This document shows positions 47,261-49,925 of a DNA stretch of 49,925 bases, piece after piece. The stretch lies in assembly GCA_016186395.1 (NCBI GenBank), contig JACPLU010000007.1:1-49925 (forward strand), given 5' to 3'. Under the pieces are notes generated by a model. That model did not search any database, was not told the DNA's origin, and saw only the letters and a list, made by a program, of their open reading frames with translations. This stretch comes from Parcubacteria group bacterium. Its GTDB lineage: Bacteria > Patescibacteriota > Minisyncoccia > 2-02-FULL-40-12. Numbering within the stretch: the first letter of the stretch is position 1; the number at the start of each line of letters is the position of its first letter. The translations under genes were made by a program, and so were the position numbers.

Positions 47261-49924
47261 TTATGGCGTCAAACTTACAGAAGACGTTACCGAGGGCGGC
47301 CCTTGGAAAATTTCTGTTGCTGAAGTTTCGCTTGGCGTAGGCGTGGGCGTGGGCGTGGGCGTGGGCGTTAATTCAGAGGTTGAAGTTAGAGTTTCAACTA
47401 ACGCGGGACTGGGTTCCGGAGTTGGACTAAATGATTCACTTGGACTGGATGGCGTAGGCGTTAATTCAGAGGTTGAAGTTAGAGTTTCAACTAATGTGGG
47501 ACTGGGTTCCGGAGTTGGACTAAATGATTCACTTGGACTGGATAATGGTGTTGGTGTTGGTGTTGGTGTTGGTGAAACAATCGGCGAGAATACTGTCTTT
47601 GCATTTTTAATCGCTAAAGCAATCCAACTAAATTGTACGTCAAAAGGTGCTGGCTTGTTAAGCTTAACGGTAAATCCTTTTGTGTTTTTATTTGAAACAA
47701 TATAGCGAATATCACTATCAAACAGTAATTGCTCATCGGCTTCACTTGCTGAAGCAGTATTTAATGACAAGGTTAAATTAACAACCGGCTGATTAAGGTA
47801 TTCATTTTCAAAAGATACACTGGCACGAGTTGACCCCTCTGTTACTACAATAAACCCACCAGTATCAGTATTGAAGTACGGTCGGCCGAAGAATTCGACA
47901 TCACTGTTGAACAACACCAATCCCCCTTCCGATCCAATACTATCAACCGTCAGTCCACCATTAAATATCGCTGACCCTTCAACACTCAAGCCGGCCCCAA
48001 GAGCCAAATTATCTTCAGGATTAAAGGATGTACTAGCAAAAGTATTTAATTGATCGCCAATCAATGATAATTGATTTCTAAACTCGGCACTTTCGCTGGA
48101 CAAAACCAGTAATTGACTATTTATAACACTTAGAATTGGACTTTCTAGGTTATCGACAGTTATTTTAAACGCCTTTAATTCATTAAATGAAGCGGGACCA
48201 ATAAACTGGCTCTCTCCTTCAACCACCAATCCACCCATAGATCTTAATGTGCCCAAAATAGTAGCCTGATCTAGCTTGATTGAATCCTTTGGCGTTGAGA
48301 GACTTTCTATTTGACCAGAAAGAAGAGATATTTTATTGGTAATCAAATCTAAGCCAGAGATTGTATCGGCATTAATTTTATTCGCCTTAATCTCACCAGT
48401 AAAGAGTGCGTTACCGTCACTGTCAAATGATGCGACTATACCGTTTTCGGAATTATTAATTGTAAATAGGCCGTCAGAAGAAAGATTCACAGATAGTCTA
48501 TCACTAGACAACGAGTTTATAGAATCAGTAAATAAATCTTTGGTATAAATTTTAGGCGAGATGATTTCAATACCTGCTGCTACACGATCAGCTAAGATTT
48601 CTGACAGACTGCCTGTTGCGGCTTGCTGATTAAATTGAGATATAAGAACTTCAGCAAAACCCCTGCTTCCTGGTACAACTGAATCTAAACCGTCTACTAC
48701 ACTTTCTAAACTTTGGCCATTATAGAATCCGACGTTAACAAAAGTAACAACAGAGCCAATTTTTGTCCCCGAGGACGGCCCTTGATTTGGTTGGTATGAT
48801 TCCATCGCTTGCCCAACTACATATCCGGATTTAATTGCCTTCATAGCCACCCCCGGAATTGATGAAGTCGTTAAGAAATCCCCTATCTCTATTGGCCCGT
48901 TTTCGTTTGAAACCTTCAATGGCACCCTTCCGGCAAGAGCAATTGGAACGTAACCATCTTTCTGAACATCAAAATCTCCGCTTAAAACCCTATCGCCATC
49001 CAAAAGAATACCCGGCTTCGTTGAAACAATTCCAATAAGACGCCCTCCTTTAATTGCCTTAACTACATGTATTGGATTTGATCCGTCTGCTGTTACAATA
49101 TCTCCTGCCTCAAGTGTAGCATCATTAGTTGGATAACTTTCTGCCAAGTCAACACATTTACCGGCATGCGGACTTGCTGAACAATCAGTTAGAGTAGAGC
49201 GAGCAGTAAGATACCCTCTGATTGCAAAACTTCCGGCATTACTCATTGAAGCTAAAGTGTTGCTTAGTGAATCAGTAACCCACAAAGCTGCATGGGGAAT
49301 TTGAACCGAAGATGACGCTATAACAGAAATAGTTAGTGCGCTCGTTGCACCCGCTAACGTTTGATTAGTCGCAGTAATGTCTATGCCAGGATTTTTTGAG
49401 GCCGAAGCAGTTGTATCAACTACAAATATATCATCGCTGTATCCACCCGTACCGTCACCGACAACAAATGCTCTTGCCGCATTAACATCAAAAGTGAAAG
49501 GCCTTGAAACAGAAGCACCACCAGTATTAAGAAAAGTAAAAAATGGTGTACCATTATCTGAAAAAACAATGTCGTCAGTCGTAGTTAAGTTAAAGGTTAA
49601 AGAAGAAGAAGCAGTAATAGTTGTATCCTGATCCACGGTCATGGCTTGGACAAACTCATCAAAATCTAATGAGTTTGAGGCGGTAGAACCTCCATCATCA
49701 TCCGTACAAGAAAAGGTTCCGGTCTCACTTGACCAGTTCAAGGCTTTGTTCCCGGCTCCGGCATCACAATCAGTTAAGGAGGCGCCATAAAATGCATTCC
49801 CGGCAGTTAAACCCTTGGTAACTGTTAAGGACCCGCTAAAGGAAGAAGAGCCAACCCCGGAAACAGTTAAGTTACCTGTTCTGCTAAGAGTTAAATAGTT
49901 AGTGCCGGAAGCAGAAGCAATACT
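47261..49924 (-). CDS. Large surface/tail-fibre-like protein, C-terminal part; 5' end lies outside the window
   Basis: Frame open from 49924; Ser/Thr-rich beta repeats; DLAESY..GIVST.PG..ALAGRVP.KV..ENGPI..GD.LT autoproteolytic-chaperone-like block; PT tail. Confidence 0.8.
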   Translation of the reverse strand, partial: SIASASGTNYLTLSRTGNLTVSGVGSSSFSGSLTVTKGLTAGNAFYGASLTDCDAGAGNKALNWSSETGTFSCTDDDGGSTASNSLDFDEFVQAMTVDQDTTITASSSLTFNLTTTDDIVFSDNGTPFFTFLNTGGASVSRPFTFDVNAARAFVVGDGTGGYSDDIFVVDTTASASKNPGIDITATNQTLAGATSALTISVIASSSVQIPHAALWVTDSLSNTLASMSNAGSFAIRGYLTARSTLTDCSASPHAGKCVDLAESYPTNDATLEAGDIVTADGSNPIHVVKAIKGGRLIGIVSTKPGILLDGDRVLSGDFDVQKDGYVPIALAGRVPLKVSNENGPIEIGDFLTTSSIPGVAMKAIKSGYVVGQAMESYQPNQGPSSGTKIGSVVTFVNVGFYNGQSLESVVDGLDSVVPGSRGFAEVLISQFNQQAATGSLSEILADRVAAGIEIISPKIYTKDLFTDSINSLSSDRLSVNLSSDGLFTINNSENGIVASFDSDGNALFTGEIKANKINADTISGLDLITNKISLLSGQIESLSTPKDSIKLDQATILGTLRSMGGLVVEGESQFIGPASFNELKAFKITVDNLESPILSVINSQLLVLSSESAEFRNQLSLIGDQLNTFASTSFNPEDNLALGAGLSVEGSAIFNGGLTVDSIGSEGGLVLFNSDVEFFGRPYFNTDTGGFIVVTEGSTRASVSFENEYLNQPVVNLTLSLNTASASEADEQLLFDSDIRYIVSNKNTKGFTVKLNKPAPFDVQFSWIALAIKNAKTVFSPIVSPTPTPTPTPLSSPSESFSPTPEPSPTLVETLTSTSELTPTPSSPSESFSPTPEPSPALVETLTSTSELTPTPTPTPTPTPSETSATEIFQGPPSVTSSVSLTP
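47362..47543. repeat. Two-copy 93-bp tandem repeat in the PT-rich tail, flanked by 6-bp microrepeats
   Basis: ttaattcagaggttgaagttagagtttcaac begins at 47368 and 47461; (ggcgtg)n and (ggtgtt)n flanks. Confidence 0.9.
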
Positions 49925-49925
49925 A

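Noticed and set aside
2780..49631. Many short plus-strand ORFs antisense to long genes (e.g. 2780, 7706, 12249, 34096, 47343)
   Set aside because: Shadow ORFs of well-supported minus-strand genes.
46282..49925. Prophage tail region
   Set aside because: No capsid, terminase, portal or integrase genes; the glycine-rich protein has an N-terminal signal/TM segment like a host surface protein.

Overview
AT-rich bacterial chromosome segment, almost entirely coded on the minus strand. The gene set and style point to Patescibacteria/CPR (Parcubacteria-like; inference). It carries housekeeping genes (serS, lysS, greA, mrdA, mreB, proS, rseP, frr, holB, murG, secDF, class A PBP), tRNA-Lys(TTT), tRNA-Val(GAC), nucleotide/DNA-repair genes (MGMT, UDG, PolX, EndoQ, SAMHD1-like HD, TM0106-like), two TA-type pairs and the C-terminal part of a large surface protein. 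The most unusual part is 14.2-18.9 kb, between murG and polX. It looks like an array of small unrelated gene cassettes separated by seven same-orientation copies of a CCCATGACAC-type motif, with no recombinase in the window. One cassette holds three separately promoted putative non-coding RNAs: an ~80-nt tRNA-Ala/tmRNA-like RNA (G3-U70), a ~65-nt RNA antisense to its central arm, and a ~200-nt structured RNA. Also seen: an unannotated 52-aa zinc-ribbon gene, a diverged duplicate of the polX 3' end, a (CT)7 frameshift in a repeat-protein gene, and several families of palindromic elements, some inserted in frame in proteins. All calls come from reading the sequence only; no database search was run.
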